Positions 16,040 through 36,000 of a stretch of 64,000 bases of DNA are shown here, in pieces. Under the pieces are notes generated by a model. The model made no database searches and was not told the DNA's origin. It was given only the letters and a program-made list of their open reading frames with translations. Positions within the stretch are counted from its first letter, which is position 1; every line of letters begins with the position of its first letter. This stretch comes from Dictyostelium discoideum (lineage: Eukaryota): the NCBI GenBank assembly GCA_000004695.1, contig CM000151.3, positions 6,080,001-6,144,000 on the forward strand, in the 5' to 3' direction. The translations under genes were made by a program, and so were the position numbers.

Positions 16040-16386
16040 TGTATTTGTATTTTGGGTTGTTGTTGTTGTTGTTCATTTGACTTAATATTTACAGGTTTAT
16101 ATACAAAATTATTTTTTAAACTAAATAGTATTGCTTCAGATTCTTTAATACTTTCATCTTCATCATCATTATCTTCATTTTCATTTTCATTTTTATTTTT
16201 ATTATTATTATTATTATTAATTTCAATTGATTCTTCATTTTGAATTAATGTAAGTAATTGATCAAACCCATTAAAATTTAAAATATCATTCTCATTAATT
16301 TGTTGTTTTGATTCATATGGTTTTTCTTTATTTATTTCTTTTTCATTTTCAAGTATCTTTAATTTTTTAGGTGTCCTTTCTTCCAT
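15733..16386 (-). CDS. hypothetical protein, 217 aa, acidic/Asn-rich middle and C-terminal coiled-coil (ELEKNEALIHFEKRIIELESEIDVLKYLLKLL)
   Basis: Long ORF with polyN encoded by AAT repeats. No recognisable domain. Confidence 0.4.
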
Positions 16387-16696
16387 TTTTTTTTTATTTT
16401 TTTATTTTTATTTTATTTTTTTCTTTTCAAATAACAGATATATAACAGTTTTTTCAAACATATTATTATTAATTTAGCACTGTTTTGTTGTTGATATTTT
16501 TGAAAAATGAAAAAAAAAAAAAAAAAAAAGATTTTTAAAGTGAAAATTAAAATTAAAAAAAAAAATAAAAAAATAAATATAAAAATTTTGAAATAAATAA
16601 AAAAAAAAAAAAAAAGATGGGTTTGGAAGGACAGGAAAATAGTATGAAATTTCATTTTTTTTTTTATTTTTTAGTTTTTTTTTTTTATTTTTTAAA

Positions 16697-17868
16697 TTAT
16701 TTTGTTTCAAAATGTCTATAAAATGTTTTTATAAATACACGTGATAAATGATCAGCTTGGAAAGTTGGTTCAGGAATTGGACGATGGAATACTTGTTTAC
16801 CAATTTGAGTTGTTAAACATTTATGAACCAATTGTAAACTGGTATGAGCATCCATTTTATGACCTGGTGAAACGTAAATTATGTCACCATCATTATTACG
16901 AAAAGCATGGCCAATGATACGATTCTTATCATTTCTATCGATCATTTCAACAGTATTTGATTTACTTAAACCCTCTTCAATGAACTCTGGTGTTATACCC
17001 TTTGCAACCAACAAAGTCTTGGCGACACCAATTGTTGGTACATTAGCGATAATACCAAAATGGGTAGCAGCCCCAACTGAACGTTGATGATTGACACCGT
17101 TGCCGTCCAATATCATTATATCTGGTTTGAATTGCGGGAATTTCTTTATCATGGCATTCCATAAATCTAAAAAGTGGGGCACTTCTCTGAATGCTAAATA
17201 ACCTGCGACGTAGGGTTCAGTCAATTTCACCATTTTATAACTCTCATAAACCACTCTACAACTTGGGTACTCCAACACAACGATTGAGGCCACCGCATCA
17301 ACTTTACTCTCTTTTGGGAACGAAATATCGCAACCCCCCACCAACTTTATATTACAATTGTTTTCTGATGCATTCAATCCATTGACATTATCCCAAATCA
17401 AACGATTTCTTAAAATGTTTTGTTGTTTCATTTTCTGATATTTCCAATCATCAGTATTCACTGATGGCTCACTACGATTACCATAGGATTCTTTAGTCCA
17501 ACCTTTCAAATCAACATACACTTTCTTTGGGTTTGGACTTAGTGCTCGGAATTTAATATGTGATTGAGTTTCTCCACCTTCAACCTCTACAATTTTTAAA
17601 TCCATACTTTGTTCCATTGCTTTAATTAAAACATCTTCATCACTCTTTTTCTTTTCAAACATATCTGCAAATGCTGTTCTTCTTGGTTCTTCATTTTTTA
17701 TTTCTTTTGCATTTCTTTCATTTTCCGCTTTTTTTGCATATTCATCTTTAAGATTTGTTATAAACATATCTGCAAATGCTGTTTTTCTTGGTTCTTCATA
17801 TTTTATTTCTTTATTATTATTATTATTTCTATTATTATTATTATTATTATTATTTCTATTATTATTTC

Positions 17869-17929
<61 letters not shown>

Positions 17930-18313
17930 TCTATTATTATTATAATTATTATTATTTGTATATGAATAGGTTGGTGTATTGTTATTATTATTATAATTAT
18001 TATTATCATTATAATCATATGTGCTTTCACTATTTAAAATTGGAATTACTGGTACATCAACTTCCATATCACTTGTACTTAAACTGTATGATGTATTGGT
18101 TGTTGGAGTTGAATAATAATAGTTATTATTGTAAGTACTATTATAGTCATTTGTTGTTGTAGTTGTTGTTGAAACAGTTGGTGGATTTCCACTATTACCA
18201 GAAACACCTAAAATTTCATTTTTTCTTCTTTTAAATTCTTCTTCAGAGATATAACTATTTTCTAAAAGATTTTGAATCTTTCTTAATTCATCATCAATAT
18301 CATTATTAAACAT
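16697..18313 (-). CDS. endonuclease V (nfi/EndoV family) homolog with a ~250 aa N-terminal extension. The extension carries a polyN/Tyr-rich linker and an internal tandem peptide repeat (KEIKxEEPRxTAFADMF x2).
   Basis: C-terminal domain ...KLVGGCDISFPKES...YVAGYLAFREVPHFLDLW...DIMILDGNGVNHQRSVGAATHFGIIANVPTIGVAKTLL matches the EndoV motifs (GVDVSY, YIPGLLAFRE, DGNGxLHPRRFGLAxHLGV..PTIGVAKS). Confidence 0.75.
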
Positions 18314-18751
18314 TTTTAAAATTTATTTATTACTAATTAATATTTATTTAATTATTTATATATTATTTATATATATTTATTTATTTATTTTTATTTAAAT
18401 TAAAATATTGAGGGCAATTTTTTTTTTTTATTTTTTATACTTTTTTAATTTTTTTTTTTCTTAAAAAAAACTCAAAAAAAAAGTGCGAAAATCTTTGAAA
18501 ATTTTGGATTAAAATAAGAAATAATAAGGTATGTGGTCATCAAAAAAAAAAATAAAAAATAAAAAATAAAAAGTATATAAACTTTAATAAAAAAAACTTT
18601 AAAATATTTGAATTAGATAATTAAAAATTAAATCTATGTTTGTTGATAATTTAATTTAGTATGATAAAAAACTTTAAATCACTTTTTTTTTTTTTTTTTA
18701 ATATAATCTTCACATAAATGATCAAACATTTCTAATAACACAATTTCACCA

Positions 18752-18830
18752 AAATTTTAATAAATAAACCTCTTTAATTTAAACAAATAATTTTTATTTT
18801 AATAAATAAACCTCTTTAATTTAAACAAAT
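18752..18830. repeat. tandem direct repeat (2 copies of a ~44-bp unit TTAATAAATAAACCTCTTTAATTTAAACAAATA...) in the intergenic region upstream of the EndoV gene
   Basis: Direct reading at 18752..18830. Confidence 0.7.
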
Positions 18831-19075
18831 ATTTTATTTTATTATAAAAAACCACCAAAAAAAAAAAAAAAAAAAAAAAAAAATCTCAGTTTTTTGAGTG
18901 GAAAAAAAAAAATGATCAGATAAATAATAATGGCGTCATTGTGTAAAAATCATGATATTTTAAGTGGTTTTTGGAAATTTCGATCAATATTTCAAAGAAT
19001 TTTTTTTTTTATTCTAAACCACAACATTAATATAAAAAATTTTTTTTGATTTTTTTTTTTTTTTTTCAAAAACGA

Positions 19076-19114
<39 letters not shown>

Positions 19115-19174
19115 TATTGATATTTTAATAATAATAATAATATGATTTAAAAAACATATAAATATTTTTTCAAA

Positions 19175-22987
<3,813 letters not shown>

Positions 22988-23075
22988 TATTTATTTTATT
23001 CATTTTATTAAATTTTTATAAATTTAATAATAAAATAAATAAAAAAAAAATAATAAAAAATGAATAAAATAAATA

Positions 23076-23116
<41 letters not shown>

Positions 23117-23245
23117 TTGATTTGATTTGATTTGGTTGAATAGGTTTAATTTCTAATTTACTTTTATTTATTTGATTGCTTTATTAAAAAAGATAATTCA
23201 GTGGACAAAATTATAAATTTCAAAATATTTATTACCTTTGTTTTT

Positions 23246-23294
<49 letters not shown>

Positions 23295-23467
23295 TTTTCT
23301 AAATTAATTTATTTATTCAATATTTTCTTAATAATTGATTTTTTTTTTTTTCTTATTTTTAGCAAAAGAAATTAGCTACACATGTACATATTCTTAAAAA
23401 TATTTATAGTAATTTTTATTTCTATTATTTTTTTTTTGTTTTTATTTTTAATAAGAAAAATCAATTT

Positions 23468-23509
<42 letters not shown>

Positions 23510-23615
23510 TTTTCACTTTTTATTTTTGTTTTTTTAATTTTATTTTTAGCAAACACAAAACAGATGATTTTTTTTTTTTTTTATTTTTTCGTTGTGGAAA
23601 TTCTAATACTTTAAA

Positions 23616-26499
<2,884 letters not shown>

Positions 26500-26564
26500 A
26501 TAATAAACTATTTATGGATACAAAAAAATATTATTATTTTTTATTTTATAAATATTTATGTTTT

Positions 26565-26605
<41 letters not shown>

Positions 26606-26670
26606 AGAGAAGTTGGTTGTGTTGAGAATTGAGAGAAATATAGGTTTTGTTGTTGTTTTTGTTTGTGTTG

Positions 26671-26683
<13 letters not shown>

Positions 26684-26732
<49 letters not shown>
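26684..26732. repeat. (TTA)n microsatellite
   Basis: Direct reading. Confidence 0.85.
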
Positions 26733-26839
26733 GTTGAATTATGATTGATACTTTTTTTTGATTTTCTTTTTTTTTTTTTTTTTTTAAAAGTAATTGGTTG
26801 ACTTTAAAGTTTGACTGATATGTGTTGTGTGGTTGAGAT

Positions 26840-26870
<31 letters not shown>

Positions 26871-26885
26871 AGTAGTTATTTTAAT

Positions 26886-27851
26886 TTATTTTTTTGGTTT
26901 TTGTTGTTTATTTCTTGGAGGAGTTAATGGTCTACCATTACTATCGTTTGTAAGTTTTTTTTTATCGGCAGGTTTTAAAATTTGGAATGAACACATTAAA
27001 GTTTCATCGACACCCATCATAGCACCAGCGTTATCAAATTCACCAAAGTAATTTGGAGCGGAAAAGAGGGTTACCAATTGACGTTTAGCAAAGAATTCAT
27101 AACCATCTTCTACAACTTGATGAGCTCTACAAACTAAATCGAGATCGTGTTTCTTTAAGAATGATTCGACAACGTCGGCACCAAAAGTATAGGAGACACC
27201 ACGGTCATTATCTTCCCAACCTTGAATGTTTTTATCAGGATCAGCCCACAAGAGATCACATAAAAGACCAAAATCTGGAACAACGGTTGGTCTAGTGATT
27301 CTACGAATTTGATCCATATTCTTGAGATCTGGTGAGAGACCACCATGCATACAAAAGATTTTCTCGTCAATGATGGCTGCAACTGGGAGACAGTTGAAGC
27401 AATCTGTAAATGCTTTCCATAATTTGCTGTTGTATCTTCTCTTGCATTCATCGTAAAAACCATAGATACGATTGATGGATGCACATTCGTGATTTCCACG
27501 AAGAATGAAAAAGTTCTCTGGATATTTGATTTTATAGGCCAACAATAAACAAATGGTCTCTAAGGATTGCTTACCACGATCGACATAATCACCTAAAAAA
27601 AGATAATTACTTTGTGGTGGGAATCCTCCGTACTCAAAGAGACGAAGTAAATCGTAGTATTGTCCATGAATATCACCACAGATCTTGATTGGTGCTTCTA
27701 ATTCCAATAAAATTGGTTGATTTATAAAGATTTCAGTGGCTTGAACTGTTAAATATCTAATTTCCTCCTCTGCTAAATCAACTAATTTACCTGGTTTTGT
27801 AGTTCTTGGTTCCAATAATCTTGTAATGATTGAATCTAAATCAATTTCCAT
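26886..27851 (-). CDS. pppB: serine/threonine protein phosphatase PP1 catalytic subunit
   Basis: 321 aa intronless ORF with [61 protein letters not shown]. Near-identical to PP1 across its length. Confidence 0.9.
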   Translation of the reverse strand: MEIDLDSIITRLLEPRTTKPGKLVDLAEEEIRYLTVQATEIFINQPILLELEAPIKICGDIHGQYYDLLRLFEYGGFPPQSNYLFLGDYVDRGKQSLETICLLLAYKIKYPENFFILRGNHECASINRIYGFYDECKRRYNSKLWKAFTDCFNCLPVAAIIDEKIFCMHGGLSPDLKNMDQIRRITRPTVVPDFGLLCDLLWADPDKNIQGWEDNDRGVSYTFGADVVESFLKKHDLDLVCRAHQVVEDGYEFFAKRQLVTLFSAPNYFGEFDNAGAMMGVDETLMCSFQILKPADKKKLTNDSNGRPLTPPRNKQQKPKK

Positions 27852-28686
27852 TCTTTTTTATTTATATTATTTTATTTTATTTATTTTCTTCTCTTTTTAT
27901 TTTTTTTTGTTTTTGTTTTGTTTTGTTTTGTTTATTTTAAATATATTTTATATATTTAAATTTTCGTTATTGGTTGTTATTACTATTATTATTACTACCA
28001 CAAACTTCTCTTTCTAATCAAGTCTTTTCTTCTTTTTTTATTTTTTCTTCTTTAATTTATGAAAACTGAAAAACTATAATACAAAATTTAATTTTTAAAA
28101 AATAAATAACTTATTAATATAAATTTTTTTTTTTTTTTTTTTTTTTTTTATTATTTTTTTTTTTTATATAAAAAAAATAATAATGAAATAAGTGTATGTG
28201 TGGTTTGAGTTTGTGTTGTATAAATTTAATAAAAAAAAAAAATAATAATAATAATAATAATAAAAAAAGAAAATAATAAAAAAAACAACAAAAAATTGAG
28301 ATAATAAAGAGTGAGTGAGAGAGAATAATAAAAAAAGTGTAACAAAGAAAACCACAAAAAAAATAATAATTTAATAATTAAAAAAAAAAAAAAAATCCAT
28401 GGAAAAAAAAAAAAAAAAAAAAATAATAATTTGTGTGTTTTTTTAAAAAAAAAAAAAAAAAAAATTAAAAAAAAAAAAAAAAATTTAACTATCTCTTAAT
28501 TATAATTGTTGATTAAAACAAATATTGGTAATAAAATATTTAACTTATACATTTTATTTATTTATTTGTTAATTAATTTATTTTTATTTTTTAATTTTAT
28601 TTATCTATTGAATATTAAGGAAAAAAAAATAATAAATTATAATAAAAAATTATGAGGTGTGCACACCGATCTATTTTTGTTAAAAT

Positions 28687-28730
<44 letters not shown>

Positions 28731-29447
28731 GGCGCGATTTTTTGTTTGTGTGGGTTATTTTTAAAATAATAAATAAAAAAAAAAAAAAAATGGATAAAAA
28801 AAAAAAGAAATAGGAAAAAAAAAATAAAACAAATAAAAAATATATATTGTGTATATAGGAGAAACTAAAAGAAGTTAAATGATTGATTGTAACAATCTTT
28901 TTTTTTTTTTCTCTTTCTTTTTTTTTTTTAAAAATTTTCTCGAAGTTTTTTTTTTTTTTTTGTTCTTATCGAAAAAAATATTAAAATAAAAATAGATCAA
29001 AAAAAAAAAAAATAAAAATTTTATATTATTCTTTTCTTCATAAAACTATTAAAACTTACAAAATATTTTGTTAAATTCTGTTACAATTAATGGGTTTTTT
29101 TTTTTTTTTTGCGCGTCTGAATTTATGATTAAACAATTACAATAAAAAGGAATTATTTAAAAAAAAAAAAAACATTTAAAAGAAAAATAAAAAAAAAATA
29201 GTTTTTTTTTTCAAAAAAAAAAATTCAATTTTTTTTTTTTTTGAAAAAAAAAATAAAAATAAAAAAAAAATAAATTTAAATAGGTGTATTTATGATCGTT
29301 AAACTTCCAACTTTTGTGTTGATTCATAGTTGGAATTTATAAAGTGTTGTTAAAAAGGATATTGCAGATATAAAGTTAGCTCAGCGTTTTTTTTTTATTT
29401 TTTTTTATTTTTTTTTTATTTTTTTTTATTTTTTTCTTATTCCAAAT

Positions 29448-29487
<40 letters not shown>

Positions 29488-29500
29488 CAATTGTGTGTGG

Positions 29501-29545
<45 letters not shown>

Positions 29546-29735
29546 AAAATCAGGATAAAAAAAAGTAATTGGATGTGGAAAAAAAAAAAAAAAAAAAAAA
29601 AATTATAATAAAAAAGATTTGAACTTAAATTTTATTTTTGATTTTTGATTTTTTAATTGTTTTTATTTATTTATTTTTTAATTTTCCAGATCGAAGGACA
29701 TTAATTATAGCAGTGGTGATTGTGGGGGGTGGTAA

Positions 29736-29780
<45 letters not shown>

Positions 29781-30110
29781 TGAAAATTGTGCATGCACGA
29801 TCTTATAAAAAAAAAAAATAAAAAATAAAAAAAAAAAAAAAAAAAAAAAGCCAAACTTTAAAATAGACAAAGATAAATACAAATAAAATTATATTTAGAA
29901 AAATAAAAATAAATACAAATAAAATTATATTTTATTATTTAAATTTTTTTTATTTATTTTTTTTTATTTATTTTTTTTTATTTATTTTTTTTTTTTTTTT
30001 TTTGAGTTTGGAAATTGTTTGGAATTATACATTATAAAAGTGTTGTTAGGATATAGAGTTATAAAATATGATGATAAATAGGTCGCAAAATTGTATTTTA
30101 AAGTTTAAAT

Positions 30111-31847
30111 TTAATCCAAGTCAAGATTAGGGAAACCATTTTGACCACCTTTACCAGCACCACCTCCCATGCCTCCCATCATTTTGGCGAGGTCACCCAT
30201 ATTTGGCATACCACCACCTCCTCTACCGCCGCCACCCATACCTCCCATCATTTTGGCAAGGTCACCCATACTTGGCATACCACCGCCACCACCTCCACCA
30301 CCACCAAACATTTTTGCAAGATCACCCATTCCACCCATACCTTTAAGTGAATTCATTAAACCCTGCATACCACCATTAGCATTCATTTGTTTCATTGCTT
30401 GTTCCATATTCTTTGGACCACCTTTACCTGCCATCAAACTACCCAAACCACCACCTGGACCACCTTTACCAATAAGTTTTTCAAATGTTTTATGTTGTTC
30501 CAATAATTCTACAACCTCATTTGGATGTCTACCTGAACCTTGAGCAATTGTAATAATACGTTTTTGTGTGATTGGTTTCTTTCCATCCAATTCTTTTTCT
30601 GATAAACTATCCAATATATTAATATATGCTTTTAATTTCAAACCACCTTCATTACCTTGTAATTGTGGTAATTGATTCATACCAGGTATCATTTGTACAA
30701 CTAATTTATTATTTTTTTAAAAAAAATTAATAAAAAATATTATTTAAAATTAAATATATTTGTTTTTTCTTTTTCTTTTTTTTTTTTTTTTAAAAAAAAA
30801 AAACTTACGTTTATCAATTGGACCTAATTGCATAATTTGTTGAAATTGTTGTTGCATACTTCTAAGAGTGAATTTACCTTGAGCAATTTCTTTTAATGAA
30901 GTTGAATCCTCTGGAATGACTTCTTTAATTTTTTCCAACATACCTTTCATATCACCATAACCTAAAAGTTTACTAACAAATGTTGAAGGATCGAATAATT
31001 CTAAATCTGTTAAATGTTCACCAGTACCAATGAAAATGATAGGTGTATTAGTGGCGGCAACAGCAGAGATTGCACCACCACCCATTGAATTACCATCCAT
31101 TTTGGTGATAATGATTGAACCAACTTTAACTGAACTTCTAAATGCTGTTGCTTGTTCGTATGCAGCTTGACCAATTGAACTATCCATAACGAAAATACAA
31201 TTGTCAGGTTTGACTGCTGTTTCAATTTGTTTCATCTCTTCAAATAACTCACTATCTTGTTTATGTCTACCTGATGTATCGACGATGATGATCTCTGTTC
31301 CATCCTTTTTAAAGATATCAACACCAGTACGTGCTACTACGACTGGATCCTTCTCAGTCTCGCTACCATAGTAGTGGATCTTTGCCTTTGCGGCATTGTG
31401 ACGTACTTGGTCGAATGCACCAGCACGAAAAGTATCAGCACAAACGATTGCAGTTGAAAAACCTTTCTTCTTATAAAAATAGGCTAATTTAGTGACAGAT
31501 GTGGTTTTACCAGCACCTTGTAAACCTACAAACATTACTATATTTGATTTACCTTTGGTTGGTTTCCATAATGGTACACCTGGATCCAATAAACGAATGA
31601 GTTCATCGAATACAACTTGTTTGATTATCTTTCTCTTATTTAAACCTGCTGCCATTTGATCCAATTTAATCTTATCTTTTATATTCTTTCTCATTTGTAT
31701 GATTAAACTCATACTAACATCTGATTTACTTAATGCATTTCCAACCTCTTTTAATAATTGATTAATTGTATCTTCATTTACAATGGTTGTTTCATTTAAT
31801 GATCTTAATGCTGAAGATAATTGATTACCTAAATCTGCTAACACCAT
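30111..31847 (-). CDS. srp54: signal recognition particle 54 kDa subunit (exon1 30809..31847 N+G domain; exon2 30111..30700 M domain with Gly/Met-rich tail)
   Basis: GLQGAGKTT, DTSGRH, IITKMDG, GTGEH motifs. M-domain ...MGDLAKMMGGMGG repeats. GTAAGT donor at 30803..30808, TTAG acceptor at 30701. Confidence 0.9.
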
Positions 31848-32473
31848 TTTTTTTTATTATCTAAACCTATATTATATTTTTAAAATATAATATATAAATA
31901 AATAAAAAAAAAAAACAAAAAAATAAAATTTTTTTTTAAATTAGTTTTTAATAAGAAAAAAAAAAAAAAATGAAAAAAATAAAATTATTTTTTTTTTTTT
32001 TTAAAAAAAAATAATTGACTTTTTTTAATGTGTGTTGTGTCACTTCCACGCGTTTTGAAAAAATTTTAGAAATTAAATAAAAAAAAAAAAAATTTTAAAA
32101 ATTAAATAAAAAATAAAAGATAAAAGATAATATTATTATTATGCTTATTAAATATATATTTTTGTAAATACTATATAATTTAATTTATTGTTATTATTTT
32201 GGGTATTATATTTTTTTTTTAATAATAAAAATAAAAATAAAAAATTTAATTTTAATTTTTTTTTTTAAATTTTTTTTTTTTTTTTTTTTAATTTTATTTT
32301 TGAAATTTACTATTTAAGTAAAAAAAAAAGGGATCTAATAAAATGAAAAAATGAAAAAAAAAAACACATTAAAAAATGAATTTAATTTCTTTATTTTTTT
32401 TATTTTTTTTATTTTTTTTTTAAATTAATTTTTTAAAAAGATAAATTTTAAATATATAAATATATATATAAAT

Positions 32474-33253
32474 ATGTTTAAATTAAATAATTCATCAAAA
32501 TTAATAAATAATTTAATTAAAACTACAACTTGTTATAGTAGTTGTAGTAAATTGTTATTAATTAATAATTCTAAATCAAATAAAATTTTTTATGGTACAA
32601 AACAAGAAGGTAGTGGTAATAATAAAACTAGTGCTAAGGATAATTCAGATAATCTTTCAATAAAGAGTCAAATATATTTAAATTATGACACTGGTAAAGA
32701 AAAAGGTGGTTATATGAAGAAATCATTATATGACTATGACCCAATCGCAACCAAAGCAATTAAAGAATCGACGGAATACTTTGCATTTGGTGATACTCAA
32801 GTCGGAGATATCATAAAAGAAAAACAAGAAAAACAAATCATTTACGTCAAATCCAACAACACAATCTATGACGCAATTAAATTAATGAATAATCATGGTA
32901 TTGGTTGCTTATTGGTGGTTTCCGAAGTCGATGGTTCGTTGGTTGGAATTTTCACAGAACGTGATTATCTTGGAAAAGTGGCTTTAATGGGTAAAAGTTC
33001 AAAGGAAACCTTGGTTCAAGATGCAATGACTACAAAAGTTGTTACAATTAATTCAAAAGTTGGTGTTGTCGAAGCAATGAAATTAATGACTGAAAAACGT
33101 TTCCGTCATATTCCAGTAGTCGATGAAGATTGTATCAATGTTATCGGTCTAGTTTCAATAACTGACTTAATCAAAACCCTTCGTACAAATCAAAAAGAAA
33201 CTATTAAATATTTAAATAATTTCTTAAATGATCCAGGTCGTTACTCACTTTAA
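32474..33253 (+). CDS. CBS-pair domain protein with an N-terminal targeting-like extension (possibly mitochondrial)
   Basis: Two CBS motifs (IYDAIKLMNNHGIGCLLVV...GIFTERD; VVEAMKLMTEKRFRHIPVVDED...GLVSITDL). Confidence 0.65.
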   Translation: MFKLNNSSKLINNLIKTTTCYSSCSKLLLINNSKSNKIFYGTKQEGSGNNKTSAKDNSDNLSIKSQIYLNYDTGKEKGGYMKKSLYDYDPIATKAIKESTEYFAFGDTQVGDIIKEKQEKQIIYVKSNNTIYDAIKLMNNHGIGCLLVVSEVDGSLVGIFTERDYLGKVALMGKSSKETLVQDAMTTKVVTINSKVGVVEAMKLMTEKRFRHIPVVDEDCINVIGLVSITDLIKTLRTNQKETIKYLNNFLNDPGRYSL

Positions 33254-33523
33254 AAATTAAAAATAAAAAATAAAAATAAAAAAAATAAAATTAAAAATAA
33301 ATAAAATTAAATTGGAAATAATTTTTTTAAATATCTTTCAACGTCTTTCGTTTTTTTTTTTTTTTATAAAAATTGATTTAAATTTGAATTATTATTTTAT
33401 TTTTTTTTTTAAAAAAGTTTTTTTTTTTTTTTTTTTTTGGTAACTTTCCTCGTTTTTATAAAATTTTTTTTTTTTTTTTATTATTTCCTACACTCACACT
33501 CAAAGAGATACAGATATATAAAA

Positions 33524-34624
33524 ATGGCCAAAGGTAAAATTAATTTTATTTTATTCAAATAATAATAATAATAAAAATTTTATTTTATTTATTTATTAAT
33601 TTTTTTTATTTTTATTTTTTTATTTTTTTTAAAATTTAAAATTATTTTAGATCAAAAAGCTATCGAAAGTAAAAAAAGAAAGAAGGAAGAATCTGAATCA
33701 GAAACTGAGTCAAGTGAGGAAAACAATGCTTCATCATCTTCAGAATCAGAATCAGAAGATGAATTAAAAGTTGTTGGTGAAGGTTCATCCTCATCAAAGA
33801 GCACTTTTACCAAAAAGGAATCAGCTGCCAAAGATGAATCAAGCAATACCAAAACTGATGATGACTTAAAAGTATTTGTTGGTCAATTACCATCAGGTGT
33901 TACTGAATACGACTTAAAGGAATACTTCTCTGAATGTGGTGACATTTCAAACATTAAAATCTTAAATAGTAACCCACAAAGAGTTGCCGCTTTCATCACT
34001 TTTGCCGATGAAAAGGGTAGAGATACTGCCATCACATACAACGGTAAAGACTTCAACGGTCAAGGTAGTCTCAGAATCAATGGTGCCAATAGCAAGCCAT
34101 CCGACGGTGAAGGTGAACCAACCACAATCGTCTGTAGAAATATTGCATTCACTGTCGATGAAACCCTCGTTAAAGAATTCTTCTCTAAATGTGGTTCCAT
34201 CAGTCGTGTCTCCTTACCAGTCTATGAAGATTCTGGTAGATTAAAGGGTTTCGCCTTTGTCAGCTTCGACTCTGAAGATGCCGTTGAAAAAGCTATTGCA
34301 CTCACTGGTACTAAATTCGAAGGTCGTGAAATTCAAGTTGAAAGAAGTCAACGTGGTGGTGGTAGATCATCATCATTCGGTATGTATTTTTTTTTTAAAA
34401 AAAAAAATATTTTATTTTTAATTATTAAATTCTAATTTTTAAATTTCTTTATTAATTTATTAGGTCGTGGTGGCGGTCGTGGTGGTTTCGGCGGCGGTCG
34501 TGGTGGTCGTGGTGGTTTTGGTAACGGCGGTGGTCGTGGTGGTTTCGGTGGTGGTCGTGGAGGCGGTCGTGGTGGTAGCGGTGGTCGTGGTGGTTTCGGT
34601 AACAAACGTGGTAGATTCGAATAA
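33524..34624 (+). CDS. RNA-binding protein with two RRMs and a C-terminal RGG/GAR box (nucleolin/Gar2-like). Exons 33524..33533, 33651..34379, 34464..34624.
   Basis: RNP motifs (KVFVGQLPSGVTEYDLKEYF...VAAFITF; TIVCRNIAFTV...KGFAFVSF). GRGGGRGGFGGGRGG repeats. Codon usage is strongly biased (GGT/CGT/TTC/GTC/ACC), unlike the rest of the window, suggesting high expression. Confidence 0.75.
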
Positions 34625-35199
34625 ACAATCAACTGCCAAACCCTATCATATATACTTATAAATTACCAAAAAAAAAAAAAAACCAAAAACATCTAAAAAA
34701 AAAAAAATAACAAAAAAATACGAAAAAAAAAAATATAAAATAATAATTTTTTAAAAAAAAAAAAATATATAGTCAAAAAGGAGAAAGAGGGGTTTAATGT
34801 GTCATAAAGTGTTTATACAGGAGAGAGGGGATAGGTGTCTAAAAATATTTTTTTTTTAAAAAATTATTATTTTATAGTCCATCGTCGTCATCGATCATTA
34901 ATAATTACTATATCAACCATTTTTTATTCTTTTCTTTCTTTTCTTTCTTTTCTTTTTATCTTTTATCTTTTTTTTTTTTTTTCCAATTTTAAAATTTTTA
35001 ATTTCTAACTTTTTTTCTTACTTTTTAAATATTAACATTAATTTATAGTTTATATATCATTAAAAAAAAAGCGCATCAACATAATAAATTATTATGTACT
35101 TAAAAAAAAAATAAATAAATTTTTATCTATTAAAAAATAATTTCATTTAGTTTATTTTTATTATTTAAACATTTTTTTTTTTATTAATTTATTAGTAAT

Positions 35200-35998
35200 T
35201 TATTACTATTCATCAGTAACCCTAATATATTTTGAATAAAAGGAAGGATCTAAAGTATTTATAAACTAATATTATTTAAAGATAAATATATTGTTTCTAA
35301 TAATGGTAATTGATTTGGCTTGGAAATAAATTATTTTCAAAGTCTTTGGAAGAAGATTAATATTAATTGATTTCCTTTATGTCCACCCAAATTTAAAGTT
35401 GTTAAAGATTAAGAGTTGGGAAAATTATTATTTTCTAAATTTGGGTTATCACTTCTACCAAATTCTAAATTTGTTAAAGAATAACATTCATTGAAATCGG
35501 CATTATAAAGAAAGAAACCACTAACATTACTTGTAAGTTTAAATGTTTTTATAGTTGAAGGGACATCAAAAGGTGAATGAAATGATTTACCAAGTTCAAT
35601 ATATTCAATATTTGAAAGTAATCTACTATCATTTAAATTACTATTGAAATTATCATTAAATGAAATTGACCTAATTGGGGATGGAAGTGCCAATGGTTGT
35701 ATTGACTTTTGAATGAGTCACCAAATTCAATGTTTGTAACATTATACCAACTTTAATATCAACATTCACTCTTACTATAAGATTTGTAGTTGAAACTGGA
35801 ACTTTGGTTTCAATAAATAATTCCACAGTTTATCTTAAATTTAGAACTGAATTTGGTATTGAACCATAGATAATCGTACTTTGATAGGCATTCAAGATAT
35901 AAAAAAATTAATCCCTCTGGAAGTTTATTTGTTGAAATGATTCCCCCTAATCTTAAAACTTTAAGACCTTTTGGTAACCACTCGATAATGGTTTTCAT
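35200..35998 (-). pseudogene. decayed paralog of the FNIP-repeat gene at 37739..39131. Fragments MKTIIEWLPKGLKVLRLGG... and ...IELGKSFHSPFDVPSTIKTFKLT... have internal deletions and frame breaks.
   Basis: Nucleotide similarity of 35211..35330 to 37746..37860 and of 35400..35700 to 38100..38450. ORFs are broken into 62 and 94 aa pieces. Confidence 0.6.
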
Positions 35999-36000
35999 TT

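Noticed and set aside
15807-16243. 89-aa and 123-aa ORFs overlapping the 15733..16386 gene
   Set aside because: Alternative-frame or antisense readings of AAT/ATT repeats inside the real gene.
30141-30543. Plus-strand 69-aa and 124-aa (Pro-rich) ORFs
   Set aside because: Antisense to the Gly/Met-rich M-domain tail of srp54 (GGN repeats read as CCN = Pro).
33652-34661. Minus-strand ORFs 33652..33852 and 34432..34632, and plus-strand ORF 34467..34661
   Set aside because: Antisense or alternative frames of the RRM-RGG gene (acidic Ser/Glu stretch and GGT/CGT repeats).
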